Below, in pieces: positions 11,997-27,578 of a DNA stretch of 57,128 bases. Each line of letters opens with the position of its first letter. Within the stretch, counting starts at the first letter, position 1. The DNA comes from Cystobasidiomycetes sp. EMM_F5 (lineage: Eukaryota). A model generated the notes under the pieces. The model was not told the origin of the DNA. It did no database searches and saw nothing but the letters and a program-made list of their open reading frames with translations. Position numbers and translations under genes: made by a program. Where the stretch lies: contig JBPGPT010000024.1 of NCBI GenBank assembly GCA_051047955.1, forward strand, positions 186,001 through 243,128. The letters run 5' to 3'.

Positions 11997-13869
11997 ATGG
12001 GTGAGTTTTAAGGCTACGACGATGAACATAATCAGATATAACAACTAACGCCGTCTCGTTGCTGCCTGCCAGCTCCAACCGAACGCAGCTCGCTCCTCCC
12101 AGGACGTGGGAGTGGCCCAGAGACGGCTCATCCAGCTGGCGACGAGCCAACGGTGCTCCAGTCACTCAGGAGCCTCATACTCTTCTCGCCAATAAACGTA
12201 CTCCTCGTCGCAGTCCCGCTGTCTTTTGCTTCCCACTTTGCTGGATGGTGCGTCATGCCGAGAGATGTTACAGGTCTGGCAGAGTAATTGCTGATGGTAG
12301 GGTGACAGGGGCGCAACAGCTACATTCATAACCTCATTCCTGGCTATCGTGCCATTGGCCGGTCTACTCGGTGAAGCGACCGAGCAATGCAGTCTGAGTG
12401 GGTTGTGCGTATCCAAAGTAAACAGCGCGAAACGACTGACGGCCGTATGTCGAAACCAGAACTGGGCCAGACTCTAGGAGGATTGTATGTGGTTCTCGTA
12501 CCTCAGGTCGTGTGAGACTGACTATGACTTTTTCTTCACAGGCTGAATGCCACATTTGGCAATGCAGTTGAAGCCATTGTAAGTTGCAGAGGCGCACAAG
12601 CCGAAGTGTACTAACGGATGCAAGTTATCAGGTCGGTATCGTAGCACTCCAACAGAACCAACTCAGGATCGTCCAGACGTCCATGCTGGGCTCTGTACTT
12701 TCCAATCTACTTCTCGTCCTCGGCATGTCTTTCTGGGCAGCAGGCAAGAACTACAAGCAGGCGCAGTTCAGAAGTACTGCCGCACAAGCAAACGGAACGC
12801 TTTTGCTCCTAGCCGGAGCGACTCTGATCATCCGTAAGCTAGGCAGACTCGATAGAATTCGAGCAATAGGCTGACGGAAGCTATAGCTGCTGCATACCAT
12901 TCTTCCGCTACCGGACGTGTCCCTGCTGCTCAGAGAACTGGATCAAGCCTAAAAGATCTCGGAGTGGCGGTCCTGTCTGCGGCTGGAGAAGTCAAGATTC
13001 CTGAAAATAATGACCTCGACGCACTCTTGTTCATCAGCCGAGCGACTGCAATTGTACGTTTCTTGACCATGCATATATATAGTGTGCATTATACGCCTAC
13101 TAAGGCGCTTTCAACAGATTCTCCTCCTCATGTACATACTTTACCTGTATTTCCAGCTGCGATCGCATGCATTCCTCTTTGAGGCGGAAGAACAAGAAGA
13201 GGCCGAAGCAGAAGTAGCGAAAATGAATGTCTATACGGCCGTAGCGAGCCTGGTCGGTATCACTGTCGTCACGGCTTTCTGCGCAGACTACCTCGTAGAA
13301 AGCATCGACGAATTCTCGACACAGTTTGGCGTGCCAAAAGTCTTTATCGGTATCATCTTACTTCCTATTGGTGAGTGTGAGCGATCGACTCATGAACGGA
13401 CACGCTGACATCGAGCTTTCCCATCCAATAGTTGGCAATGCTGCTGAACACCTTACAGGTAAGTCGCAAAGACCCATTGTGTGTTCATTGAGCTTTTGCA
13501 TATGCTAATGATGCTTCATGTTGCAGCCGTCTGGATGGCTATGAAAGGCAAGATGGAAATCACGCTTGGTGTGGCAGTCGGCAGTTCCATCCAGATTTCT
13601 GTCGGTGTAAGCCATATCACCTCGCTAGTACAACAAGCGATACAAGCTCATTTCAACTTCTCCGACAGGTCGTGCCAATTCTCGTTCTGGCAGGGTGGGC
13701 CATGAATCGCGATTTGACGCTCTACTTTGAGAATTTCGAAACAATCTGCTTCCTCCTCTCGGTCCTGCTCGTCAATCTCGTCATCTCTGATGGTCTCTCA
13801 AATTACCTCGAGGGAGCAATGCTGGTGTCGCTGTACCTTGTCATCGCAGTCGCCTTTTGGGTATATTGA
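11997..13869 (+). CDS. VCX1: Vacuolar Ca2+/H+ exchanger (CAX/Vcx1 family), multi-exon
   Basis: Signature segments LNATFGNAVE, SMLGSVLSNLLLVLGMSF, LLPIVGNAAEH, VAVGSSIQI and DGLSNYLEGAMLV. The first exon is only ATG+G at 11997. Confidence 0.93.
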
Positions 13870-14282
13870 GCAAGCAATCCGATCATGTCTAGATTGCAAC
13901 ACCGGGTTCAGCGTAATATGGACACGTAATAAATCGCAATTGGTGTTGTGGAGGAAGCACGACAAGTGTAGGGACATTTTGCGAAAGTATCCAGCAATCA
14001 AATACACTAGTTGCATCAGACTGCCTCTTCCCAGTTTTTGAACCAAGACAACGTGGCCGGGACTGATTTTACGTGCTTATCAAAGTACTGATGCTTAGAA
14101 ACCTCAAGAGGCTGAACACAGGTCTACTATCAATACAGGGCGGAGCTATATAACACGAAACTGAAGCCTCCGGTTACCATCCTTAAGCGGAAAGTAAAGG
14201 CGGGGAATACGAAAAGTTGGTATATACAAGCCAGCTAGTATCGCTTCAAGCTCAGTAAGCGAGACGAATACTGACTACATGA

Positions 14283-16880
14283 CTACGCAGTGCTCATGGG
14301 ACGGGGTGTGCTCGTCCTCGAGTTTGACAAGAAGGCATCCGCGTCCTTTGAGGCAATGAGGGAAGAAGTACGGTTTACCGATCTAAATGACGAAGCGGTC
14401 GGGCTCTTTGGAACGCCAAAGATGGCGGGATTTACCGAAAGTCTGTTCTTGTCGTCCACGATGCTCACCGAGCCTGGTCTGTTGGTCTCGCCCATTCGGA
14501 AAGAGGGAGTCACGACCGGCGATCGCGAAAAGGCAGTATTGGGGGTTGACGGGAATTCGTCGAGAATCGTAGAGGAAGCATATAGCGAGCGGTGAGCAAT
14601 TGTGGTAGCGGACAGACTGTCTCTTGGCTTGTTGTCCGTACCGCCTGTGAGCTGTTGGACATTGGCAGGGAAAGTGGCTGTGGAGGGACTGGCGGAAGTG
14701 ACTCCACCGTATGCGTCAAGACCGGCTTGGGTGTTGCTAGGTACTACAGTAGCTCTAGAGATGGTGGACGAAGGGCGAGTGCGTGCTGAAGATCCAGAAA
14801 TTGAAAAGCGGGAAGTGTCCATATCGAGCATCGGGAGGGTCGGTGCGCGTTCAAGAATGACTGGTCCAGTAGTAAGCGGTTGATCCATCATGATATCCTC
14901 GCCCGTTGCATCGTGCTGAGCTTGAGCGGCAGCGGCGTCACCTTGTGGCAGGATATCTTCGATACAGTCACGAGGGAAGACACCACGGCGGGGTTCTTGG
15001 ATCTTTTCGCGCTCGACAGAGTCGAGATTTACACCGAGGCACCATCCGTCGTCGTACTCCATGACGACCTGGATCCTATCTCCCGGCATGACGACGAGTT
15101 CATCAGACATGGACGGCTCAAATGTGCGAGTGACAATGTAGATCTTGGAAGAGTAGGTAGGATCGGCAAACGGACCAGTAGAAGTTGCAGGAGTCTCGTC
15201 GAATTGGCCGGCGTTCTGAGCTGCGGCCTCACGTTCTTGTTGTGCCTTTAGCTGTGAAAGAGTAACGACCTGGTGGGTAGCGGGTGGAGCGGCAGCGCGT
15301 GCAATGCTAGCAGCGCTGAGACGCTTGTTATCAACTGGAGCACTGTTTAGAGTATCATAAGGAGCGATAGCGGAGACTGGAGTGATGGGTAAGGGAATCT
15401 TGCCAGATGCAGCTGCCTTGGTAGGAGAAATAGCCTCGGCATCACTGAACGGGTTGTTGATCCTGTTGACTGGCGAGGTATGGTTGACGGGGATAGTAGT
15501 GCTATCGACGTGGGTATTGATGGTAGGCGGAGCGTTGCCGTAGCCCATCGATATGCCGTTGCCAGAAATATTGCGGGTCAGCTGCTGTTGCTGAGCGGGA
15601 GGGTAGTGACCGATAGACTGCTGCTGTTGATGACCACGTTGAGGCTGAGCCTGTGCATAATCACCAAACGGACCTTCGCGGGATTGTGAGTGGTACAAAT
15701 TGTGCTGGCGGTCTTGCTGTTGTTGCTGTTGACGGTGCTGGTCCTGTTCGCGCAAGAACATCTGCTGTTGGGTGTACTCGTGTTCACGTTGACGTTGTGC
15801 ATCGTACCCAGCTACCCCAGCCATACCCGCTGCAGCGAAATCGCCTCCATGGTTCAAGAATGGATTGTTGTTGTTCGATGATGCGCGCAAGTGGTCCTGC
15901 TCGTACTTTTCATTCCACTCCTGACCGTTACCATTACCATACTGAGCATTGTTGCGCCCGCTAGTGCTATTGCCGAGATTGTTCATGCCGTGGTTATCCA
16001 TAGCTCCATACTTTTCGTAACCTGCAGCACCTCCTGCTCCGGATGCAGCAGCACCGGCGCCCAAGAGATCATCAAACGAGTCAAAGTTGCCATTGTTGAG
16101 TCTCTTTCCGCCGTTGAAGGAGGAAGAGAGAGCAGCTGGACTTGCATTCTCGCGCTGCTTCTTCTTGTGGTGCCTGTAGCCAAAGAATCCAGCCAGTCCG
16201 AGTGCAATGAGCAAGACTATGACGATTCCGGCTATAGTGCCGGCAGAGGGCCCGGATGTTGATGTCGGAGCTGTAATTGCTCCTACGTTGATATTTGTGC
16301 CATTATTGGTCGTGTTGGGAATACCCGATGTAGCTGAAGCAGCTGCATCAGGCGTTGTTGGAGTGAAGGTTGCCGCAGCTGCGGAGCTCGGAGTGAATGT
16401 GACTGCGTTTGTTGGTGCGGTGAGTACTGCCGTATTTGAGACGGGTCGCGTGTTTGTGGGAATGAAAGCTACAGGACGAGTGGATGTAGTAGCCTGTGCG
16501 ACGGGAGTGACCTGTACGACTCCGTTGGTGTTTGCGTTTGCGTCATCGGCTGCAGACCATCACATACGGTAACAATGTCAGCTTTCTGATTCTTTTTTTC
16601 GATGTTTACTCTGTCAAGATTTGGGATCTTTTGACGCGATCGGCTAAGGCATGTAGAGCCAGAGCGAGTTTCAGACGAGGAGCGTGCGACCAGTCGGGGA
16701 GAGCGATATGATACGGCTAGATGGACAGGTTGCGAGTGTTGAATCGCGCGACTTACTGGCTGCGGGTGCAGTGTTTGGGGTGAATACTATTCCAGCGGCT
16801 GCCGTGACGACGCGCTGTCTCGGGACGACTGGGCGATGATTAACATTATAATAATCATCATTAGCCAGATTACTTGTCAT
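14283..16880 (-). CDS. Single-pass membrane protein with a T/A-rich ectodomain and cytosolic SH3 domain (Fus1-like architecture)
   Basis: Exon 1 MTSNLAN... (16880-16757) splices in phase across intron 16756-16550. T/A/P-rich stalk, TM IAGIVIVLLIALGLAGFFGY followed by RHHKKK, and SH3 YIVTRTFEPSMSDELVVMPGDRIQVVMEYDDGWCLG...RGVFPRDC. Confidence 0.8.
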
Positions 16881-17061
16881 TCCCTCGAGATGATAACCCA
16901 CGTCGCCCGTGTCCTGGCAGCTGGCCCTTCTTCCAGAGAGACAAGTGGTGGAGCATTCCTGCGGTTTCAGTGCGAGATGGCTAGTGAGCGTGGATGTTTG
17001 TGGTGTTTGTGTTTGAGTAACTGCAGCCCTGTCCAGCAAGGCTCCAGAGAGGTTGTATTCT

Positions 17062-17082
17062 TCGTCGTCGTCGTCGTCGTCG
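17062..17082. repeat. (TCG)7 microsatellite
   Basis: tcgtcgtcgtcgtcgtcgtcg read directly from the sequence. Confidence 0.9.
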
Positions 17083-17279
17083 TTGGAGATGGAGACTGTC
17101 CAAGTTGTCTTTGCGAAAGAGATCAACGACCGGCGCGCAGAGTGGCAAAATATCACGACATTCCTCAAACACAAACTAGCCCCGCAGGCCTGGCTAGTGT
17201 ATGGCTTAGCCTCGCTGACATCAGATGTTGCTGTACACAAGTTTCGATACACGGAGCACGTCTTGATGCGCGGGAAATG

Positions 17280-19158
17280 TCAATACTTGTACGCATGATG
17301 AGCGTGGGACGCGCCAGCAGAGAGGGAGGTGCCAAGTAACGAGAGATCGTCATCCAGTCCATCGAACGAGAAACCGATATAAACATCGTCCTTGTCCAGG
17401 TCGTCTTCTTCCGTTTTCACGACGATGCCATTCAAGCGGGGCACAGACACCGTCGACGCGCACTGACCATCGCCCTTGTCTATGTACGCGTCTTCTCTCT
17501 GTCTATCGTTGTGATAGTAAACTAGACACTCGACAGCATACCGCGGAGCGGTATTGTCGGGAGAATGGTAGTCACTTCTGCCATCCAGCTTTGGGACGCG
17601 AAGAATAGTCGCAGGGGGTAACGAGCCATCCACAAAAGCCGGCGAAGGACACGGTTCCTCCGGCTCGTCTTGCAGCAGCTCTTCAACCCTGTCCTCTTCC
17701 ACCTTCTCCACCCTTTCTACCGTATCGCCCCCATTATCCGTTCCCAAGCCATCGAAGAGATACACTAGACCGTCCATATAGCGATCATCGTACGACCCAA
17801 TAAGAAGCTGTTGCCCTGCAGCAGCAGCCATAGCACGATTATGTTCCATCAGTTTCCGCTCCTGTTGAAACCTTTTGAGTTCCATCTTCCACTGTTTACG
17901 GGCAGCTCGACGCAGTATCAAGCGAGCAGCTTCAGCGGCATCGACGGCGCTCTGCCCCGTGACGATATATTCAACCGAAGGTGGAGCGCGAGCTGAAAAG
18001 TCGGAACTTCGAGAGGATGGTACAGAAGTTTGAGAGTGCGATAACGGTGGTACGTCAAGTACTTGTTCGTTTTCAGCTATCGGATCATCTTGCAGATGTC
18101 CAAATGCTTGCAGTATTGCGGGATGTTGATTGCCTTCTCCTGCAAGGCGTGCCAGCGGAGGTACGTGCGTTACCTCGTCGCTGACATTCATCATAGCACC
18201 ATGCAAGTCAGCGAGTGCTGGCAGGGTTGCATTATCTTGATCTTCTTGTCCTTCAGCTACGACTTGCGATATTCCTTTCTGCTCATTCTCCTCAGCTATG
18301 CTCTGGCGCTGCGCAGCATGTAGAGCTCTCGCTATATCCTCCTTGTCGCGTTTGACTGCTCTCCTCTGTCGCTTGCTCAATCGTCGTTTGGCATATCTGC
18401 CAACTCGAATTCCCCCATCGTTCGCTCTCTTCTCATCCGCTGTGTATGGAGAGTCCAATTCATCCTGACTACTATCCGTCGAATCGTCACCTCGCAATCG
18501 AGCGATATGTCCAGCCCAGTCTGGCGAAGGAGTACGTGAGCGAGCGTGACTGTGATCATGTAGCGCAGGCCGTCCAATGATTTCCTGTCGATCTATTCGA
18601 ATAACAGCTCCAAGACTGCTCGCCATATTGTGCAGCGTCTCAAGAGACGTCAGCATGTCTTCGTATAGTATGCCGAGCATCAGCCCATTATCGGCCACTC
18701 CAATCTCATAGATTGCTTCCTGAGGTAGGCGGACGCGAAAGCGATGTTTATTGACAAACGTGGGCCATCATCCGATATAATCAGCACGAAAGGAGTCACT
18801 GAATCAGAACGCGTTTCCGATATTGCATGCTCGTTTACGCCACTATTGGCGCATCAACATGTGCCAAAACTCACACCACCACCCTCCATGAGTCTCCATT
18901 TGAGCTGGGAAGTAAGCCGGGCCATCCTATCCTTGCTCGGGTTCGGTGGAAGCCGCAATTTGTATTCGATATGGCCGTGCAGGTCTTCTTCGGGTACTAG
19001 TGATCTGAAGCTGGATCCGCCGTGGTTTGGGATATTGAGCGCCGGCGAAGCTCGTTCCCACGGCTGCGTATAGTAATGGTAAGTATTAGAATGTATGTAA
19101 AGTCTTGAATTGTTTGTTCCGGCCTCACCGATGGCAGCCGGGGTGACTCGCCCGTCAT
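17280..19158 (-). CDS. Protein with the GTPBP1/GTPBP2 N-terminal domain but no visible G domain
   Basis: Spliced translation MTGESPRLPSPW...LVPEEDLHGHIEYKLRLPPNPSKDRMARLTSQLKWRLMEGGG/EAIYEIGVADNGLMLGI...SLETLHNMASSLGA. The remainder is low-complexity. Confidence 0.8.
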
Positions 19159-19397
19159 TGTAATTACTGGTTGTCGTGTAGTCTGGCTGCGCTGTGCTTT
19201 CGTATCCGCGTTATCATTGTTTGCGACTGGAAAGCTCAGAGTCTTCAAAGAAGCCTGCTTTGACACCGTCGTTGGAGTCGGAAAGGTGGCATTCAACCGG
19301 GATCCGGTTTGACGGTGCACTGACTGACTTTGACGAAACTGATGAATATTAACGATGAAATATTGACACATTTTACATTTACACGCTATACTTGACA

Positions 19398-20710
19398 ATG
19401 CAGAAACCCTCATTCCTCGCAGCACCGTTGTCGACCGCAGGACCGCGAGCTGATCATGTCTTCGGCACACTTCAGTACCGCGAAGACGTACGGCTCAGAG
19501 TGTGCGCTGGTAGACCCTTGCCCTCGAATACCGGCCTGGTTGAGTCGAAAGTAAAAGCGGCCTACTCGGCGAAAGCGGCGGTGTTGCCAGAAAATACGCC
19601 GCGAAATAGGTATGCTGTCCTTTCAAAGTCGTACATACTGCGCTTACTTGTGCACTCAGATACTCTAATATCCTGCCATACGATCGCACCCGCGTTCTTC
19701 TTTCTACCGACAGCGGCAGATCTGCAAAAGACACCTACATCAATGCATCTTGGATCAAAGAGCCCGTACCGCTGGACTCCTGGAGTAGTCCAACAAGGAT
19801 GTGGATTGCATCTCAAGCACCACTCGACGAGACTGTACACGACTTTCTATCCATGTTCTTCACGCCGCCATCTTCGGATGAGGGATACGACCTCCCTGAA
19901 GTGAAGCCGCCAAAGGTCATTCTCATGCTCACGGCATGCGTAGAATCACGCCGCACTAAGTCAGCAAGGTATTGGCCGCAACGAGTCGGAGAAAGTCTTA
20001 CATTTGAGCATATGGTTTCCGCTTCTTTACTGGAACGGAACGGCATGAGCGGACAACGATGGGATGGAGGTACACTCGCGCCAATAATTGTAACCTACAT
20101 TTCGGCAACACCTTCTCCAGCTTTCAATGAACAGCAGCAGAGAGGCTGGAGAACCAATCGTCTTCGACTCAGCACCATATCTGAAGGGAAGGAACGCTCA
20201 ACGGAAGTCCAGCACATTGAGTATCTGGGATGGCAAGATCATGGTGTCCCGCAGGATCACCTTGAGATTTTACAGCTAGTGTCGTATGTGGACGATCTCG
20301 TCACAGCAGCGTCTGCTGTATCAAGTTCAGCTATTACATCCCCGCTAGTGATCCATTGCTCTGCAGGAGTCGGGCGGACAGGATCTTATATCGCAGTATC
20401 GCAGCTCATGCCCATGCTACAAGGCCTAAAACAAGGCAAGCAGGATGCGCTACAAGGGTTAGAAAAGGTCCACGCCAGCAGTCCTTTAGGCCCATGTCCA
20501 ATGCCACGGTCGACACACAAGAGCACATTGGCAAAACTGGTATCGCATCAGTCTGATACCGATCATTCCACTGAAGGGCTGAATCTCAGCGATCCAATAA
20601 TGGCAGTCATCGACAGCTTGAGGGATCAGCGGACAACAATGGTGCAAACCGATAGTCAAATTGACTTTGTCTACCAGTGCGCGAACGCCTATTGGCAGAC
20701 GTTAAGGTGA
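19398..20710 (+). CDS. Classical protein tyrosine phosphatase
   Basis: RNRYSNILPYD across an intron (~19610-19660), YINASWI, WIASQAPL, WQDHGVP loop, catalytic HCSAGVGRTG, and Q loop RDQRTTMVQTDSQ. Confidence 0.95.
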
Positions 20711-21094
20711 AAGCGGGAATTGCTAGCTATTCTAAGCACGACGTACTGTGTACGACCGGACGCGCCTAAGGTTACTATATCGCCTCCAACCAAGACTGGC
20801 CGCTCCATACGATGCTGCCCTATCATGTCGGCTCATCCGTCTGTTTTGAATGCAGAATCCATCAACGGCAATAGCGGCACAGGCAGCAGCAATGACGGAA
20901 AGCCATTAATTGTGGCGATGCCCTTGCACGCTGGCCTGTATTACGAGCTGTGCTGGATATAGAAGACGGTGCGACGGCCGCTCTTTTGCCCAGATGGAGC
21001 ATGGAATTTCGATGAGGATGCCAGTCGAGCAAGTGCGCGCGGCGATGCTCGCTTGGAGAGCAGATCTCCGCTGAGACCATATAAATGCAGCAAA

Positions 21095-23805
<2,711 letters not shown>

Positions 23806-24603
23806 CTTGGTGGTAAGAGGCAGAAAACAGGTGCAAACGCAATGTTGTGCTTTCAAGTCACAACTACGCAACTGTCGCAGGCTAGGTTGGGATCACAACG
23901 AGCATGATGTGGTGTACTACATGGCATTGTAAGTGCGCGGCTGTCTTCGGCAAGACAAGCTCCAAGCGGGAGCACTTTATACCAAGTCCTAGAGGATATA
24001 TGCCTACTGAAGGCGACGGGAAGAGATGGCGCATTTACTTTGTCCACAAGTGCACTCTTCTTGTGCTGTTACAGCCGTGGTGAAGTCTTGCATCGAATGG
24101 TAGCTTGATACAACCAGCGTTTACTATAGTATCAATCTATACCGTAAAAATAGGAAGCGTCAGTGGAACAGCGCAGTCAGCTTGGTCGTGGCTTGTACAC
24201 CAACGACGAGCTTGTTGTCAGCTTTACTGCTCGGACGTGAACAAATGTCTGCGAGACACCATGTTGCACGATTTAGAGATTGTCGGGATGTAAACTCAGT
24301 AAGCGAGCGCAGCGGACACTGCGGATTGTCAGAATGTTTCCTTGTATTGTAAGGGAGACGTTAGTCAACATCCGCACGCATCAGTACCCTCTACGCGTCT
24401 TTCAGTCCATTTCAGCTCGCACTTTCGCAATTCATGCAAATCTTGTCCAGCCATTTCGACCCAGCCCCGTCGCGTTTACGTTGACTTGATGTTACTGTCC
24501 AGCCAACGATACGGACTCTCTCCATCGAATCAACCTTCGCATCTTTCAGCTTGACCATTCTCGAATCCGCCATATCGCAGCTATCCGTTGATTGACCCAC
24601 GAC

Positions 24604-25854
24604 ATGTCTTCAGCAGTCGCAGTGAGCGTCCCCGTCTCGCTGTCGTCGACGTTTTTCAGCTCCCGCGACCAAGACTCGCTGCACGCCCTGCATCTCCCGT
24701 CGACATCTTCAGTATGCTCAGCTGGTCCAGCGATGCTCAGAGCTACCCCCGGCCAGGCTGTCCATATCGACCTGGGCGACGGGTCTGCGCTCGAAGGCAA
24801 CGCGCAGGATGGCAGAGACGGACATGACTGCGTCCTGCTCTGGGATGACGCCAGCCAGGTATGTGGTGGTCTCGGAACAAGATGGGCAATATCCAATCTG
24901 ACTGATGTATGTAATATCTCGGACTGACGATGCTGAAACCGTAATAACTCGTCCACATCTCTTCTGACCTCTTTCTCAACACGTATATGTGCTGCAATCC
25001 TCCAGTCTTATATCCTGCACAGACTATCCTCCGTTGTCCGCTTAAGGCCGGCAGTCCCGCACGCTCCATCAATAACGCCAGGCAGAACGCACGCTCCATC
25101 ACCAGCACTGACAGCAGTCAAGACTGCAAAAGCCGCGTCCTCAAGAGCTCCAGCATCTTCCGTTTCGCCGTCTCCACGTCCGCCACAGGATAGTCGAGCA
25201 CAATACGCCGCACTTCATGCTTCTGCAAGCCATATCTCTACAGACGTATCGCCCGGCAATCGACGCGTCACAGATCTGCCTCTCCCGTCTACTTCAACAT
25301 CCACTTCCCACGTCACCGGCCTGGGCATAACAGCACCCTCTACATCCCGTCCAGTCATTGGAAGGAAAGGCATCCTGCCATCTGCCGCGACCGGACCCTT
25401 CTCCAAACACGTCGATGACGATCTGGCAAGCGCAAGTGAAGACTCTGATGATGATGATGCAGAGATCGAATTTGAGGATTTCGGAGACGTGGGATTATCC
25501 GAATCTATCCCGGCACAACACGCTCCTCTTCCAGCTGCACCCAGGGAGGCAGTAGTCAGCACAACTCAAGCACATTCATATCCGTCAAACGACGCTAATG
25601 TCGTCACTTCCGAAGAAGAGGATTCTGATGACGAGAGTGAAGCGGATTTTGACACCATGGCAATAGACTTGGAACAATCGCTTGCTGCTCCAGTTGTGCC
25701 TGTCGCACAGCAGCAACAACAGCGTCCAGTCGCACCTCTAGTACAGCAGCGACCAGCTCAAGGAAGTAAACGGATACCAATGTCTTCGTCAAATACTCTC
25801 CGTCGTCAACCGGATAGCGATATCGCCAGCTCGTCGGAGAGCGATAGCGACTAG
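24604..25854 (+). CDS. ELL-associated factor (EAF) domain protein
   Basis: LEGNAQDGRDGHDCVLLWDDASQ / SYILHRLSSVVRLR across an intron resembles the EAF N-terminal domain. Acidic, S-rich C-terminus ending SSSESDSD*. Confidence 0.7.
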
Positions 25855-26146
25855 TCAAACGTATCCATGGATGGATTCGTATCCTGTGCTCGCATCGCTG
25901 GCTATATAGGCTTGTGTTAGAAATCACGCCCCTCATTGATGCGGAGCTGAGTCGACCTTGTGGCATATATCGCAGTGCCGTACTTTATTCACACCCTATC
26001 CCAGACTGAAGTCTTTTGCATTTCTGTCAAGATCGTGTTCCTGTCGTTGTAATGCATTGTGGGGCAAAATGTCTTGATTGCCATATTTATTCTATACCGT
26101 ATCCCAGCTCGTTGCCTACCGGCTCTCTTCTGACCAGCAACCAATC

Positions 26147-26695
26147 ATGCCAGTAAGCTCTGCACAGAAAGCCAAGACTGCTTCGACAAGCCAGACAACT
26201 AGCCCATCCACTGCAAAAGCACCCAATCATGATGCAGCTTCCTCGGCTGCCATACCCTATCCAATTGCCAGCATGCCCGCCGGTTTGTTCGACATGGACA
26301 ATGATGAATGCTTACCAGATCCTCCAAAGCTCTCTGTCGAAGCCTTTCACAGCTCGCCGTACTTTGCGGACCGGCTCATGGCATCCACAGCCGATAAGGT
26401 AGGAGCCGCCGAGATGCTCTTCCAGTATGAACAATGGAGGACCTTAACAGTCGCCGAGTACAAGTCACGGGTGCAAAGGTGCTTTGATAGGCAGGGGCAG
26501 CGATGCGACGAGGCCGAGTCAGCATTCTTGAAACAGCGACGTCTTTTGAGATCCTGCGGAATGGCTTCCGAATGCATAAAGAAATATCGCTTTCAACTAG
26601 ATGCTGCAATTGAAAGGCAAGCTAAGGCACAGCGAGCATTGGACGCATACCGCGATCAATGTTCCGCAGACCCTGGACATGAGCGTCTCACCTGA
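26147..26695 (+). CDS. Hypothetical protein (182 aa) with a helical/coiled-coil C-terminal half
   Basis: Uninterrupted ORF from MPVSSAQ. No family recognised. Confidence 0.55.
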   Translation: MPVSSAQKAKTASTSQTTSPSTAKAPNHDAASSAAIPYPIASMPAGLFDMDNDECLPDPPKLSVEAFHSSPYFADRLMASTADKVGAAEMLFQYEQWRTLTVAEYKSRVQRCFDRQGQRCDEAESAFLKQRRLLRSCGMASECIKKYRFQLDAAIERQAKAQRALDAYRDQCSADPGHERLT

Positions 26696-27578
26696 CTCAA
26701 CATCCCAAGTCGCAGCACGTGTGGGTAGCCGTATCTGAACGCCGAGGCTACGTGCTGCTGACGATTCCTGCAGTCGCATGACCAGCCTGAAGCTGATGAA
26801 GTCCCTCGGTCGCATTCATGTAAATCGACACTGTTTGGGTATTAGGCTTACAAGGCTGAGAGCGGCCTGCAGATTTATTCGGGGATTCAGATGAGGATTG
26901 ATTGCCGTGACGTCGTCTGCGCATACGTTTTAGGAATCTGTCCATACACTTGGAGGGAGCTCAGCTGCAATACATCGATTCTGAAGACCAAGGCGGAGCG
27001 GTTAGCCATGTACTGGCAACAACTCTCACACAATTTCTGGCTGCTTCCTTTGCCCGAGATCTTTAGCAGCAGACAAGATAGTAGCAACGAACAAATACCT
27101 CGTCCCACATGAAAGACGCAAACGCATGTCAATGACATCGACGAGTATTTTGGTTGTCGGTTGTTGGAACTTTAGCGGCATCGACAGCTCTCCGGACAGC
27201 GACCAGGCAGACAATGTTACATACCACTTTCGATGGCAAACGATAGTAGGTCAATGTCCGTCATTGCGCCCGTTGAGCCGACCCAGCTGCTTATGATAAA
27301 TTTGCGCAGTCCACGTTCGTGGCATTCGATCGGAAGACTTAGAGCATAGATGTACTTCCCCGGTGAAGGTACAGTCTTGCTCCTATCGTGCTCTTGTACA
27401 ATGATCACTGTACCTCCGATTTCGATCAACAGACTTGACTTCCTTTTCCCTCAGAGATGCTACTGCTCACTACCGAATGATCAAACTCTACACGTGTACA
27501 CTACTGCTGCGAAAGACGTGCCTTCATCACTGGTCGTCCGCCACTGACACTCCTCGACTACTGGCGTAGCTCCGTCTT

